A stretch of 64,000 nt of DNA from the human T2T-CHM13v2.0 reference genome, Homo sapiens. Numbering within the stretch: position 1 is the first letter of the stretch; every line of letters begins with the position of its first letter. The notes below the pieces were generated by a model, which was not told the DNA's origin, searched no databases, and saw nothing but the letters and a program-made list of their open reading frames with translations. Below, in pieces: positions 27,519 to 41,789 of the stretch. Both the position numbers and the translations under genes were made by a program. The stretch lies in NCBI RefSeq assembly GCF_009914755.1, contig NC_060939.1, one strand, 5' to 3'.

Positions 27519-30500
27519 TCTACTTCTGTTTATGTCCTTCACTGCTAACACTCATGTCCATGGCATCATCATCATACCTGGACAAGAGTAGAAAACAAAA
27601 TTTGTCACCGTCATTCTGCTCTTGTCTCTCTCTGCTGTCTACTGTCTACACAGAAGCCAGCGAAATCTTTTTATTGTTCATATAATTTTCCTGCTGAAAA
27701 CCCTCCAGTAGCTTCTCATTACATTTAACATAAAATTGGAATTCTCTATCACTACCTCTAGGAATTGGCTCTTGCCAGCCCTTCAGCACTCCCCTTTATC
27801 ACAATACTCTAGCCACAGTAGACATCTTACTGTCAGGTTCATTTCCACCTTGGAGCTTTTATACTTGTTGTTTCTTCTACCCAAGATCTTGGCATGGCTA
27901 GCTGCCTCTCAGTTCAAATATTACCTCTTCAAGGGGCCTTCTCTGGTCACCGTCTTTAAAATCATCTCCCCATCTCCCATCCCATCACTCTCTATCCTAT
28001 TCCCCTATTTCATTTTCTTTGTTGTACTTACAACTACTTGAAATTATATTATTTATTTACATTTTGTTTATTATGTGTCTTCCACACTAGAATGTTGTTC
28101 ACTAGGGCAGGGATTTATCTGGCCTCCTCATTTCTGTATCCTTAGTACATAGGAGAGTGCGTGGCACATATTAGGGGCTCAATACATATTGGTGAAGGAA
28201 TATTTGAACAGATTAGCTATTTATGTGATCACTCATAATGTGTGCATAGCATATTTAGTTCTAGAGCTGACACGAGTAATAGTTTCACAAGGCTATGTCT
28301 CCTGGGAAGACCCTAAGAAAGTGTAACAAAGCTAATGACAAAGTCTGGAAAGAGGGTAAGGACAGGATGAATCATTGTAAGGCAAAGGATATCAGTTTAG
28401 ACAATAAAAGAAATAAATAAAAACTTTTTTCCAAAGGAAAAAAGTGGAAAGCAAAATTGCATATATTGCATGGGCTCTTTTGCATATATGTATATTTGCC
28501 ACAAAAAAATGCAACAACAAGGGATAATACATTTCCCTAAAAAGTAGACATTTTTACTTTTCTGAGTTTTTCACATTTTTAGTTGATAAATTTTAGATAA
28601 AAACTCACTTCTCAGAAGCCTCCTTTGTTCCCCAGACTGGCCTAAGTACCCCTTCTTTAGTGCTTCCGTTGAGGTCCATCAACACATCCATCCTCCTATA
28701 CATTATATTGAAACTAAAAACTTGGTTGTCTCCCTGCCCTACAAACTGTGAGTTATGAAAACAGAAATGCTACGTTAATCATCTTTGGCACATGGGAGAT
28801 ACTCACTATCTGCAGAAATAAGATAGACCTAAAGATTCCTCTGGTTCAGAGCACCCATGCTATGTCTGCTCTTAACAATGCTGGGACAATAAATCAAATG
28901 ACCCCAACAAAATTGGCTGTATTATTGAGGCTTATCACTTTTTCCAATTCAAGCCAATAGGATTAGAGTGTAAGCAGGAACTGCGACACGCTCCCCTGGC
29001 CCAACCTATGACATGAACTAGAGTGCCCCAAAAAATCCTCTATTTCTAGACCCGTCAGGTCTGGGTAAACCTGGCCTCTGGTGAAGGTCCTAAATCTGTT
29101 TCCCCATGCCCCGCTGACCACAGTAAGTCCCTGGAACAGGGGAAAGCCTTGGGCTCAGGGATGGTATATCAAATGGCAGTTGCATTTCTCATATTTTAGG
29201 AATGAGATGGATAAGAAAGACCTTCTAATGTAATCCCTTCATTATTCATTGGCACTACTCAAACCCCAAAGTCTCTAGGTTGTTTTTCTACTCCCTGGAT
29301 ATATCTATATGATAATTTTTTGCCTGGAGTAGACTCCATTTTTCTCTATTAGGAAGATGAAAACTTTCTGCCAGAAAGTTGCCCTTTTAATTACTTTCTG
29401 GGAAACACTCTAAGTTATGTGCTCCACCCAGCTCCAGGATGAAGTTTTTCTGCTTAATAGCAATGACAGGCTGGTCTCATACTCCTCCAAGCCCTCTCTG
29501 CTTTCTAGTGATCAAGGGGTTTCAAGACCTTATGGTCTTATTTATAGTCTGTAAAAATATGTCTAAATATATGTATAAATAATCTTCTCTCTTCTGAATT
29601 CCTTTCTTAATCACAAGAGCCACTACTGGGAACGATATTTTCAATTTGGTTAATCAGGAGATTTCGTGCCAGGGATCGTGACCATAATTAGGTACATTTG
29701 GGTAAAACTTTTATTAGTTTGACATTATCAGTACCAGATTTGAAATTTAACACAAGCAAATCTGCAGGCCAATTATAAGCATTTATACCACAGTCCTTTG
29801 CATATTTGTTTGCATAAACTCTAATCCCTACATTTTTAGGCATCTATTACTCTAAAATGCTCCCTATTTAATAGGGCCTCTGTTGCTTATTGTTTTCCTA
29901 TCATTCTTTTTATCTCAATTCCAGTGTTCTTTCTTCTTCATCCTTAGAAAGAGAGTAAGAAATGAGATACAGAGCAAAGACAAAATTTAGAATACAGAGA
30001 AAGCAAGAAAAAAGAATCTAAAGACAGCCACCAAAACAGAATGAAAGGTGTCCCTGGTAACCTAGTGTGGAAAGCATGACAGCATCTCTTCACCTCTGCA
30101 CCCACAAAAAATTGAGACCAAAGGCAAAAAAAAAAAAAAAAAGAAAAAAAAGAAAAAAAAAAAGCCTTTTAAAACTATAATGAAGGATCAGGTGAAAAAG
30201 AGAAAGACTAATAAAGAAAATAGGACATATGCTGAAAAATATTTCTCAAAATGAGAAGTGATACTCTAGTACATTAGTTATCTGATGGGGTGCAAATTAA
30301 GGAAGCCATGTACCTTTTCTCATTTTTTATTTGTCTTATTCTTACTGGAAAATTAGGTTCTATTATTTTTAAAAATATTAACATATTATCACTCAAGTTT
30401 CAAAGGAAGGATTAAATGAATAAAAGTAAATTCCCATAAAAGTTATGCATCTAGCAGTTTAGCTATGGTTCTGTGACCCCAAAACTTATTTCTAATAAAG

Positions 30501-31539
30501 CAAGCATTTGCAGAGCTGAGTTCTCACAGTGGTTAAGTCTGGATTTGTCCACCCTGGACAGACGGAGAGAGTAAACAGATTCTATGATAGAGGTAGGTTA
30601 TTTCCAACAGATACTTAATAACTGAGCCTAGAAAGAAAAAAACCTCAGCTCTTCCCTTTTGGCAGAGCTTTAAATTTTTTTTCACATTTTGAAACTATTT
30701 ACAGTTCATATGGTTTCCAGACCTACTCTCCAAAACCAAGGGCATCATCCCCTGCCTGGGTCTCTCAGTGCTCCACATGTGATTTCTCAGGCAGCCAGCC
30801 AGATGAGCATTTGATTTGAAAATGAAGCCTTAAATTTAGCAGTGTGAAAGGGGAAAGCATGTAAGAACATAAATGCCTGGAAAGGGGCAAGGTAACAGAT
30901 GAGGACAGCTGGGTGAATACTCTTCGTCGTCCAGGCAATTCAGAAAGTGCCGCTGCAAGGGAAACGTCCACTGCAAACCCCAGCAAGTCTATTTCTGCTT
31001 CTCCACTGGGTGTCTAGGGCTGCCTGTCACATTTTTGCTTGTCCAACTTGCTGCAACCTGGGGGCAGCTGCGAATGAAACAGTAAGCATTGCTTCAAATC
31101 ATATCTTGAGCTCTGCTAATTAAGAAATGAAGTCCAGGCAGACCTAAATCCTTCCCTTTCCTTAAGTGTCAGACACTGTCCCATACATGTTAATTTCCAG
31201 CAGTGCCCAAGAGACTCCCAATAACACAGAACACTAGGGTAAAGATGGGCTTGGTATCCGAGGACCTCACACTCTCAAGTGCAATGATAGCCAGCAGCGA
31301 TGTGCACAAACACACAATATATGAATACTTCTCCTTGCCCCATATTAGTTACAGGGAAGAAAAGAGGAGTCTAAAATATATTCTGCTTTTGCCCCAAGAG
31401 GCTTTATTTAATTCACTTTAGTGCATTTTGCCCACTATCATGTAATTATTGCGTATCAACTGCATGGGAATATGGAGATTGTCTCAGCCTCAAGTAAGTC
31501 ACAGCAGTAATAGGAACAGACAGACAAGTATAGCAATAG

Positions 31540-32210
31540 GCAATTAGCCTCTCCCCATATCTATCTTGACCCCTCTGCATTAGCTTCTTCCCATGCAGCA
31601 GGTATGAGATTTTCCAAAGACAAACCCTTCCACACAATCTCTCTGTTATGAGGAAAAAGACCCAAACTCTTAATGTAGCCTTGAAGGCCCTGCAGGGTCT
31701 GGCCTCTGATGGCTTCTCCAGCCCTGTCTGCCCCTGCTCTTCTCTCCGCCTTATTCTCTGGACTTCTGCCAATCAGTCCCTCATAATCACCATCCTCCTT
31801 CCCCTCCACAGGACCTTTGCACATGATTTTCCCTCTGGAATTCTTCTCATCCCATTGCTCCAACTCCTATTACCACCTTTGCCTAGTTAACTCCTAGTCA
31901 TCATTATGTTTTCAGCTCAAATGTACTACTCCCTTAAAGAATCCATTCCTAAACTGCTTCACCTCACCTCTACCAACCCCCACAAAAAAATACCTGTCTT
32001 TAGAACCACACTCTTTTCCTTAGCAGCATTTGCCTTGGTTTGTAATTATACACTACTTAGCATGGCTATTTTATTATCTACTTCCCTGACCAGACACTAA
32101 GCTCTGTGATTGCAGAGAACATGTCTGTTTGGGTTGACCTGCATTTGCAGAATATAGCTCAATGCCTGGCACACAGGATTCACTCAATAAAGATTGACAA
32201 GTAAATGAAA
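31540..32210 (+). mobile_element. L2 3' region
   Basis: ggacctttgcacatg...ctggaat; gcctggcacacagg...caataaa...gtaaatgaa. Confidence 0.75.
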
Positions 32211-32653
32211 GGTAAGGAGACCATTATGATACTATGTGTCATGATATAATAGAGTGCTATTATCAAGACAAAGAAAGATGGTGGGAATATGATCAGGACA
32301 TTACCCTAGTAGCCTCATGCTTTGAATTGTCTCCTGACACCTTTTGCTACAATTTCTTCCATCTGGAATACAATTTATCTCCACTGTTGGAAGACCCGAT
32401 GATTAAAGTTCTTCTTCCTTACCTAATCCATTTTGTAACTTTCAGATCCTACCCTCCTTGTTCCACTGTCATCTCTACTACTATTACTATCAAATCCATC
32501 CTCATACTTTCAATATTCCATTTGCTGTTAAATCTTTTTATCAGGTGGAGTCACTGACTCCCCTTCTTTGGCTCCTCACCATCACACCAAAGCTGAAGAG
32601 GATCACAGAGTCACTGTACTTAAAGCCTGAGAGGAACCTTGAAATATCTGGCC

Positions 32654-32985
32654 TAGTGGTACTCAAACTTCAATGTACATGAGAATCCCATGAAGTGCTC
32701 ATTAAAAATAGAGTCCTCAGTCCCAGACCCAAAAAGTTTGATTCAAGAGGTCCGGGAAAGAGCCCAGGAATCTGCACCTGGGTGATTCAGATGCAGGTGG
32801 TCCTCAGACCTCATGTGCAGAAGTACTGACCAGTGCTGTGATGCTTGTGGAGGCTCCTCAAGATCTACCATAAAGGGTGAGAGGGCAGCCGAGAGCACCT
32901 GCTCTGAGCAACTGCACTATACATAAGATTTCATTTGAAAAGGGTTCTGCTTATTGGAAAAAGAAATGTTTGAAAATGACTGGTA
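32654..32985. mobile_element. MER5A plus an adjacent hAT-Charlie MITE, both within a MIR
   Basis: agtggtactcaaactt...cccaggaatctgc...gtgattcagatgcagg...agtactg, then a piece ending gatttcatttgaaaagggttctgc...tttgaaaatgactg. Confidence 0.65.
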
Positions 32986-33714
32986 TCCAATATCTTTGTT
33001 TCATAGATGAGAAAACTCAAGTCCTTGGTCCTCAGTCATGTAGCCAATTCATGACAGAGCAGGACTGAACCTCAGCCTCCTGACACCAGGCTAGTGGACT
33101 TTTCCCAATGCCTTCCTGCCTTGTGGGGTAGAAAGACAACAGAGGTTCTCACTGCTGTGTTGCCCAAGAGTCTTACAATGAGTAGCCTGCATATGAAGAT
33201 GGTACTTGTGACGGACCACATTGCACCAGAGCACATAACTGGAGGGACAGGAGATGGTGGATTTGGGCTCATTTTTCATCCAGCATATTCTCAGCCTCCC
33301 TCTTCAATAAGCCTGTAAAGACCTAGTAATCCTCTATGGCCTGAACTGTTCCTGGGTTCTCCAATGCTCTCCCCACCCTCTCACCCCACCATTCCATTAG
33401 CTGTTCAATGGCTGACCTTTGCTGGGGGGCCAATTCTATCAAGGGTTATTCTGAGACAATGAAATCCCTGCCACTAGCCCTCCAAAACTAGTATTAGCCA
33501 TCCCTACCCCATATGTGTGCACCCAAAGCACCCAGTGCACCTGGAGCACCTCATACTTCCTTGCACCTACTGCTGTCAAATAAGAGTCTGTTTATTTGTC
33601 CATCTCTTCCCCTAGACCCCAGACTCCTTGAGGGCAGTGACATGGGTCCTAATAGTCCATGTGTCCGTAGCATCTAGCACAGTGGCTGGTACTCAGAAGT
33701 GTTATTTAAATATG

Positions 33715-33757
33715 GGATGGATGGGTGGATGGATGGATGGATGGATGGATGGATGGA
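33715..33757 (+). repeat. (GGAT)n repeat at the 3' end of an L2 (approx. 33500-33714)
   Basis: Read directly; preceded by the L2 tail catctagcacagtggctgg. Confidence 0.85.
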
Positions 33758-34103
33758 AAACATGAATCCCTGCTGCTACTCTCAATGTTCCTATAAAACC
33801 TCTATCATATCCCTGAGGAAGCCCTAGTACATGCTGATTGACACTGAGCCAGCTAGATTATCTGAATGAAATTCGTCCCGTTGCCAACAGAGCCCCTTAA
33901 ATCTCCACTGCTGTTTGTGTGCTCTCCTCCATGAAGCCCTCTCCAAACTCAATTCCATTTCTCAATACTTAACTTTTTTCTTTCCCCCTGCAACTCCATC
34001 ATACTGGACTGAACACTGGACATTAAGCAAATTTAAAATCCAGTAAGTGTTTATTGTGAAGGAATGCTAAGCTTATGGAAAATGTACTTTATTGCACCAT
34101 AGA

Positions 34104-34313
34104 CAGTAAGTTCTCACTTAACGTCGTGGATAGGTCCTCGAAAACTATGATTTTAAGTGTAATGAAATGTAACAAAATCAAGTTTTTCCTCACCCATGCT
34201 ATAATGAAATGACTTTGAACTCAACAACGTTATTTGAGGACCTACTGTATACTGTTTCACTTGAAGTCACAGTTTCCAAGAACCTATCAGCAATGTTAAG
34301 TGAGGACTTACTG
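34104..34313. mobile_element. MER6B-like TcMar-Tigger MITE (210 bp)
   Basis: TIRs cagtaagttctcacttaac / gttaagtgaggacttactg, with TA on the right flank. Confidence 0.85.
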
Positions 34314-35044
34314 TATTCTCCATTAGAAAATACCATCAACTTTCTTCACATCTTCAAAATCTATTCTTTCTCCATCATTAGAGTCCATTACCTTCCTTCT
34401 ACAATATTCAGTATCACTCTCAATTATATTTCCCAGGCTTCCTCATCTCACAGCTCTTCCACAATGTCACTGCCAGAGTCTTCTTTCCATATGTTGCTGA
34501 TGATGTTACTTTTTACAGCCCCCAAATTTCCCAGGTCCTTTTGAGTCCTTAGATCTAATTTAGAGATCATTACTCTTACTTTCTATGCTGTCTGCCTCTA
34601 TCTTTTCCTTTTCCTTCCAGTATTGCACATCTGATTCTTGTCAAAGATCAGTAAGCAGAGAGAATTAGAACATGCCTAACATGGAATAAGGAAATAGATC
34701 TCAGTATTTTAGAAAACTGGTCAAGTTTAAAAATGTTCCAGTGTTCCTGAGTTACAGCTTCAAAGCACCATTCCCAACTAGGCTCCCAAAACCTACCAAG
34801 GTTTTCTACCACCAGGCATTGTTTCATCTGCAGAGCCTGTATACTGACAAGAACTTTTGAGAGCTGCACATTCCTAATGAGATGAGTCATTTTGCTCACA
34901 CACCTTACCCAGAAGTAAAAACAACAAAATGTGAGAGTATCCTGGCAATTCTACAGATAAACCTATCCTGTACCATATACATATGATTGCATTATATTTG
35001 GGGAAAACACTATATCTTATTAAATTCTGTATCCTCAGCATATA

Positions 35045-35098
35045 GTAGGTTGGTGCAAAAGTAATTGTGGAATAACTTTTACTTTTGCACCAACCTAA
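35045..35098. mobile_element. Internally deleted MADE1 (Hsmar1 MITE) inside an L2 tail
   Basis: taggttggtgcaaaagtaa / ttacttttgcaccaaccta TIRs, with TA at 35043-44 and 35099-100. Confidence 0.92.
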
Positions 35099-35206
35099 TA
35101 GCATTCTGCCTGACACATAGTAGGCAGAGAATAAGTGTCTACTGAGTGAAAGAACGAACAAATGAACGAACATAGAACCTCTCAAGTAAAAGCTAAAAAG
35201 AAGTGA

Positions 35207-35965
<759 letters not shown>

Positions 35966-38371
35966 TGCAAATATCTTTGTACTATTCAACCATGACAGTA
36001 GGACGTGGTATAAAATAATCTCGATTATTGTTAAAAGGAATATTGTGTGGAGAAGCAGAGAGGAAAAAGAAGAGGAGGAAGCAAAGATGAAGGAGAGGGA
36101 ATCATAAAATGCATCCACAAATTAATTGTAGTTAACTCTGATCTGGGTAGCAAGATCAAGGGTGATTTCTATGTTTTGTTTGTACTCTTCCAAGTTTTCT
36201 TAATTTACTACACACAGCAAAAACATCATACACCAATTTAAAATGCATGGAAGAAATTAACCCATTGAAATATATCAGGAAGTGTAAAGCAAAATGCCCC
36301 TGTAGTAAAAATTTGCTGGGAGGAAAAATTGATGAGAAATAATCAACAAATGCTGTTAAAATGTTGGTTTGGTTTGGTGTAGACAACCTTTGAGCTCTGA
36401 ATGAAACCAAATTTCTTCACTATAATATTTTGATCTCTTTTAGCTTTCAGATTTTAAGATCCTAAGAAAACTTTATATTTTTAAAATTAATGTTCTAACA
36501 TCTCCAAGGCCTTTGTGGTTGAGGTTTGAGTTTTTTTTTTCTTTCCAAAAGAAATTCTGGATCTCCTCCCAATAACAACTGAGAAAAGATGCATAAACCT
36601 ATTCTTTTAAAAAAGAGAAAGAACAGAGTTCTAAATGGCACATAGAACTTGGTGTATCTTTAACTTCCATTATCATCTAAGATAAATGCATCCTGGTTAC
36701 AAAAGACCCTGCTATTCTGGTGATTCGCTGCAATAGATTTGAGTTCAGAGCTGAGGGAGAATCAAACTACTTTGTGTAATAGGGGGGAGATCAATTTGAG
36801 GGGCCCCAGACACCAAGACAGGGGAGACTGGAGCCAGCTACACTGAGCACAGAATGGGGGAAGGAGACATTAAAAAGGCCAAAAACTGAGGAGAACTTTG
36901 GTGAAGAAAAATGTTGAAATGGGATTTCATGTTGCTGGCTAAGGAGTGTATGAAATAAACCCCCTCAATTTTCTCCCCCACAAATTCTTCAGTCAACTCT
37001 ACCTTGCCCTCTAAGCCTTTTATGTGAGAGGGCTCTTTGAAGGAGCTTTAAGAAGAGAAAAAGAGAACAGCTAACATCTGGGTCACATAAACTTTAAAAA
37101 GAAATTAAGAGATGCCACTGGAAACCCATGTGCAGAGTTTTGAAAGTGTTATAATTTCCTCTTATTTCAAGATGTACCTCATTTGGAGAAATAGTCACCA
37201 TTTAGAAATTCAACCCTTAAGAAATTGTATTCATGCAATATAATAACTGATTACAGTGGAAAATCATTTAAAAGAACTACAATAATGTCACGGCTCACAT
37301 ACAGAAACCAGCCCATTGGCAAAGGAACCCTTCCATCTGCAAAGCTGAGAACCAGAAACTGCCCAAGAAATGATCAATCCAAGACTTAAGAAGCTGAAAT
37401 TAACTTATTGAAGGCAAAATTGTTTTGAAGCACTATTACTGTAAGTTGAATATTCATTTTTAAACCACTTCACTGAGTTCAAAAAGCACTGAGACCACTC
37501 TTGGTAGCTTGCTTTTGAACTCATTGTTATGCCTATGGCTGTTACACCCATAAAAGTGTGTTTTATTAATATTGTTTTTTAAAAAAAGAATCAAGTTTTT
37601 CTCCTCAAAATCTTCTTTCAAATCTGCAAGTCTGTTCCTATAGACCCTAAATACCTTTCCCCTAGCCCCAGTGGTACCATCATAATGTATACGTAATCTG
37701 GGTGGGCTGGAGATAAAAGACTCCGGTAGTTGGTCCTGTGCCTTGTGTTTAACCACTCTAATTTCAAGCCCACAATTGAAAGGGAATAACTCAATGGAGG
37801 GTACATCAATTCTCCCATGTGATCAACAAGATCCCACTCTCCCACTTACAAGACACACACAGACACACTAAATGTGTGTAAGCTGCAAATACACTGAGTT
37901 CAATGATCTTTGGGTTTTTTTTTGTTGCAGGTGCTCAAATAGAAAAAGTAAGAGAATATTTAATAAGAGTAGTAATTCACACTTACCCAAGACTGACATA
38001 CTGGATAAAATCCAGCAGAAGGCCATATCATATACATCCACCCCCCTACCACCACCTTCCTTGGTAAGTTGTTTCCAAGAATATAGCAGCAAATTATAAA
38101 TCTCTTGACCATAGGTCTACATGCCTCTAACCTGGAAGTACAAGGAAGGTGGGAACAGGTCCTTCCTAGCTGCCTGAAGGATCTGCTAGCCACCCCTCTG
38201 AATCAATACACAAATTTGCTATCAAGATGCTACAGACCAGAACTACTACTTTATATACTTCACTTTTAAATGCTGTATAGTTAATTATTGTAATATAAAA
38301 CGTATTCAAATTGTTTTAAATTGTTACTGTTTGGGGATTTACATGTATTATACTTTTTGATTCAACAAATA

Positions 38372-38939
38372 TTTATTCTTTAAAATTTTACTTTAAGTTC
38401 TGGGATACGTGTGCAGGTTTGTTACATAGGTATACATGTGCCATTGTGGTTTGCTGCACCTATCAACCCGTCATCTAGGTTTTAAACCCTGCATGCATTA
38501 GGTATTTGTCCTAATGCTCTCCCTCCCCTTGCCCCCCACCCCCTGACAGGCCCTGGTGTGTGATGTTCCCCTCCCTATGTCCATGTGTTCTCATTGTTCA
38601 ACTCCCACTTATGAATGAGAACATGTGGTATTTGGTTTTCTGTTCCTGTGTTAGTTTGCTGAGAATAATGGCTTCCAGCTTCATCCATGTCCCTGCAAAG
38701 GATATGAACTCATTCTTTTTTATGGCTGCATAGTATTCCATGGTGTATATGTGCCATATTTTCTTTATCCAGTCTATCATTGATGGGCATTTGGGTTGGT
38801 TCCAAGTTTTTGCTACTGTAAATAGTGCTGCAATAAACATACATGTGCATGTGCTTTTAGGGTAGAATGACTTATAATACTTTGGGCAAATATCCAGTAA
38901 TGGAATTGCTGGGTCAAATGGTATTTCTGGTTCTAGATC
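38372..38939 (-). mobile_element. L1PA (approx. PA8-10) 3' end
   Basis: Antisense 3'UTR and ORF2 C-terminus (ORF track: ...KTWNQPKCPSMIDWIKK...). Confidence 0.92.
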
Positions 38940-39895
38940 AAGAAAGATCAAGAAATTATATTTTAAAATTGAAAACAAACATCCAAACAACAGAGAAATG
39001 GTACGTGAATTGTGAGATATGCACTGGATGGAATGTTATGTAGCCCCTAAAAATCGTATGTATAAAGAAATAAGAAATCATAATGATATGATATAAAGTA
39101 GAAGCAGAAGGATAAAAATGTAAATACATAATTATAAGAAATCTTGGCATAGAAAAAAAGACAGAGAGGAAATATAAGAAAATAGTAACAATAATTACTT
39201 TGGATAGTGGAAGAATGAATGTTATTTTCTTCCATCCACTTTTTCTTGTTTTCCAAATTTCTCTTAATGAATATATGCTGCTTTTATAAAGGAAAAAAAT
39301 ATACAACAAAGAAAAAATAAAACAGAATTTTAAATCCTAATATCCAAAGGGAGTCATCACTCAAACTAGAAAAGTTGATTGAACAAGTTGTTCCTATTGA
39401 AAGAGTATATTTGTTCAGGTAATTATGCAGCATCTAGAAACACCAGACTTGGAAAGTGCAGAGACAATACTCTACAGTAGTAAAAGAAAGCTCCTTCCTT
39501 TCCCCATAATACAGTTTCCAAAAATGAATAAGATTGATGGAAACAGGCCTATGAGAGCTTCAGAGATTTAAGCAAAGTTTACCAATGCCCAGGAAAGTAT
39601 AAAGTAGAATGTTGCACAAAAAGCTTACAGTCAAGTACAATTTAAAATCTAAAAGTGTCAGGGAAATATCCCGACTAAATGAAGGGTAATTGCACTGAAG
39701 CATCTGATCTCAGACTGTTCTAATGCAAAATCTTAAGTTTAGAAGATGCTGGAGAAGTAAAAATGTTAAGAAGTGATATGGACTCTATTTGTTAATAATG
39801 ACACAAAGAAGGGATGCTAGCAGCCTGGAAGAATGAACAGAGAATCCTCAGCTTTTTAAAATATTTATTATGTGAAAAACTATGCTTACCATCTT

Positions 39896-40535
39896 ATTTT
39901 TTAATAATTTAACTTTTATTTTAGATTCAGGGGATACATGTGCAGGATCGTTACATGGGAATATTGTGTGATGCTGAGGTTTGGGATACAAATGATCCTA
40001 CCACTCAGGTAGTGGGCATAGTACTCAATAGGTAGTTTTCCAATCCCTGTCCTGCTCCCCTTCTCCTTTCTCTAGTAGTTCACAATGATTATTGTTCCTA
40101 TCTTTATATCCTTGTGTACTCAATAACTAGCCCCCACTTATAAGTGAGAACTTGTGGTATTTGGTTTTCTGTTCCTGTGTTAATTTACTTAGGATAATAC
40201 CCTCCAGCAGCATCCGTGTTGCTGCAGAGAACATGATTTTGTTCCTTTTTATGGCTATGTAGTATTCCATGGTGTATATATACCACATTTTCTTCATCCA
40301 GTCCATTATTGATGGGCATTTAGGAAGATTCCATGTCTTTGCTATTGTGAACAGTGCTGCAATGAGCATATGTGTGTGTGTGCATTTATGGTAGAATGAC
40401 TTATTTTCCACTGGGTGTATATCCAGTAATGAAATTGCTGGGTCAAATAGTAGTTCTGTTTTAGGTTCTTTGACAAATATCCACACTGCTTTCCACAGTG
40501 ACTAAGTAATTTACATTCCCACCAACGGTGTATAG
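39896..40535 (-). mobile_element. L1PA15/16-like 3' end
   Basis: Antisense L1 3' end with a degenerate TSD: atgcttaccatctt (39882-39895) and atgcttgccatttt (40536-40549). Confidence 0.9.
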
Positions 40536-40574
40536 ATGCTTGCCATTTTGGATTAAATGGAATTCCTTTCCTTG

Positions 40575-40874
40575 TTTTTTTTTTTTTTTTTTTTAGAAAG
40601 AGTTTCACTCTTGTCACCCAGGCTGGAGTGCAATGGCATGATCTCGGCCCACTGCAACCTCCCCCTCTGGGTTCAAATAATTCTCCTGCCTCATCCTCCT
40701 GGGTAGCTGGGATTACCGGTGCCTGCCACCATGCCCAGCTAATTTTTGTATTTTTGGTAGAGATGGGGTTTCACCATGTTGGTCAAGCTGGTCTCAAACT
40801 CCTGATCTCAGGTTATCCACCTTCTCAGCCTCCCAAAGTGCTGGGTTTATGGGCATGAGCCACCACACCCGGCC
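40575..40874 (-). mobile_element. AluS
   Basis: Poly-T followed by a full dimer ending cccggcc. Confidence 0.95.
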
Positions 40875-40949
40875 ATTGAGTGTCTCTTAAAATTAGACAT
40901 AAAATATAAGTATAAACAGACAGATATGGGTAAAGACATGGCTTCAATT

Positions 40950-41118
40950 AGAGGTTCTCAAACCTGTCTGTACATTAGATTCATCTTGGAAACTTTAAGA
41001 AACACCAGGGCCTCATCCCCAAGACCCTCATTTAATTGCTCTGGGCTGTAAATGGGATGTGGGTATTTTTTAACTCCTCCAAGTGATTCTAATGTGATGT
41101 CCAGTTTGAGGAGCGTGG
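40950..41118. mobile_element. MER5A
   Basis: ggttctcaaacctg...cattagattcatc...aagtgattctaatgtg...ccagtttgag. Confidence 0.7.
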
Positions 41119-41789
41119 GATTAGGTGACCTCTGCAGGAACTTTCAGGATCCCTCTCATTTGCCCTTCACCTGCCCAGTTGCTCCCACGGTGGCCAGGAA
41201 TAGTTAGCATGACTTGAGGAAACATCCTCTTATGAAACATTTAAGTATGTATTGGTACTCGCAGACTTGCCAACAGTATCTTGTAGCCTAGGGCTGAGAA
41301 TGTGCACTTCTTGTGCAGCAGTCACATTAACGTCTACAAGAAGGAATCATGCCACCGCTACTTACTTTTAAAACAAAAGTCATCAAAAGATTTTACCAAA
41401 AGCTAATACAACACCCATTTCTTAAGCACTTTCACATATTACAACAGTTTGTAAAGGCAAAAGATTTGTCCTGATTTGAAAGGAATAGATTAAGAAAACA
41501 AAAAAAAAAGTGAAATTGTAGAGGAAGGTTAGAAGGGAAGGGTTTCACTTCCATAATTATATTGTGGCTGAGGTTTACATTATAATTCACTTGGTGCTAA
41601 GAATGTTACGAGTAATGCTCCAGGCACTGAAAGTGTGGATGTATGTGTGTACTTACATATGCAAATTAACATATAGGTAAACTACATATATATTACATAA
41701 TGATGTTTATATGTATATGATTGTATACAAAGCCCTTCAAACATAAAATAAATAGAGAAGACTTGATGAGACCACAAAGTCCACACTTG

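Noticed and set aside
30126-30163. Isolated poly-A tract suggesting a processed pseudogene tail
   Set aside because: No recognisable upstream retrocopy or TSD.
30990-31075. CTCF-like motifs (ccactgggtgtcta; caacctgggggcag)
   Set aside because: Each has two mismatches at core positions; not supportable without ChIP data.
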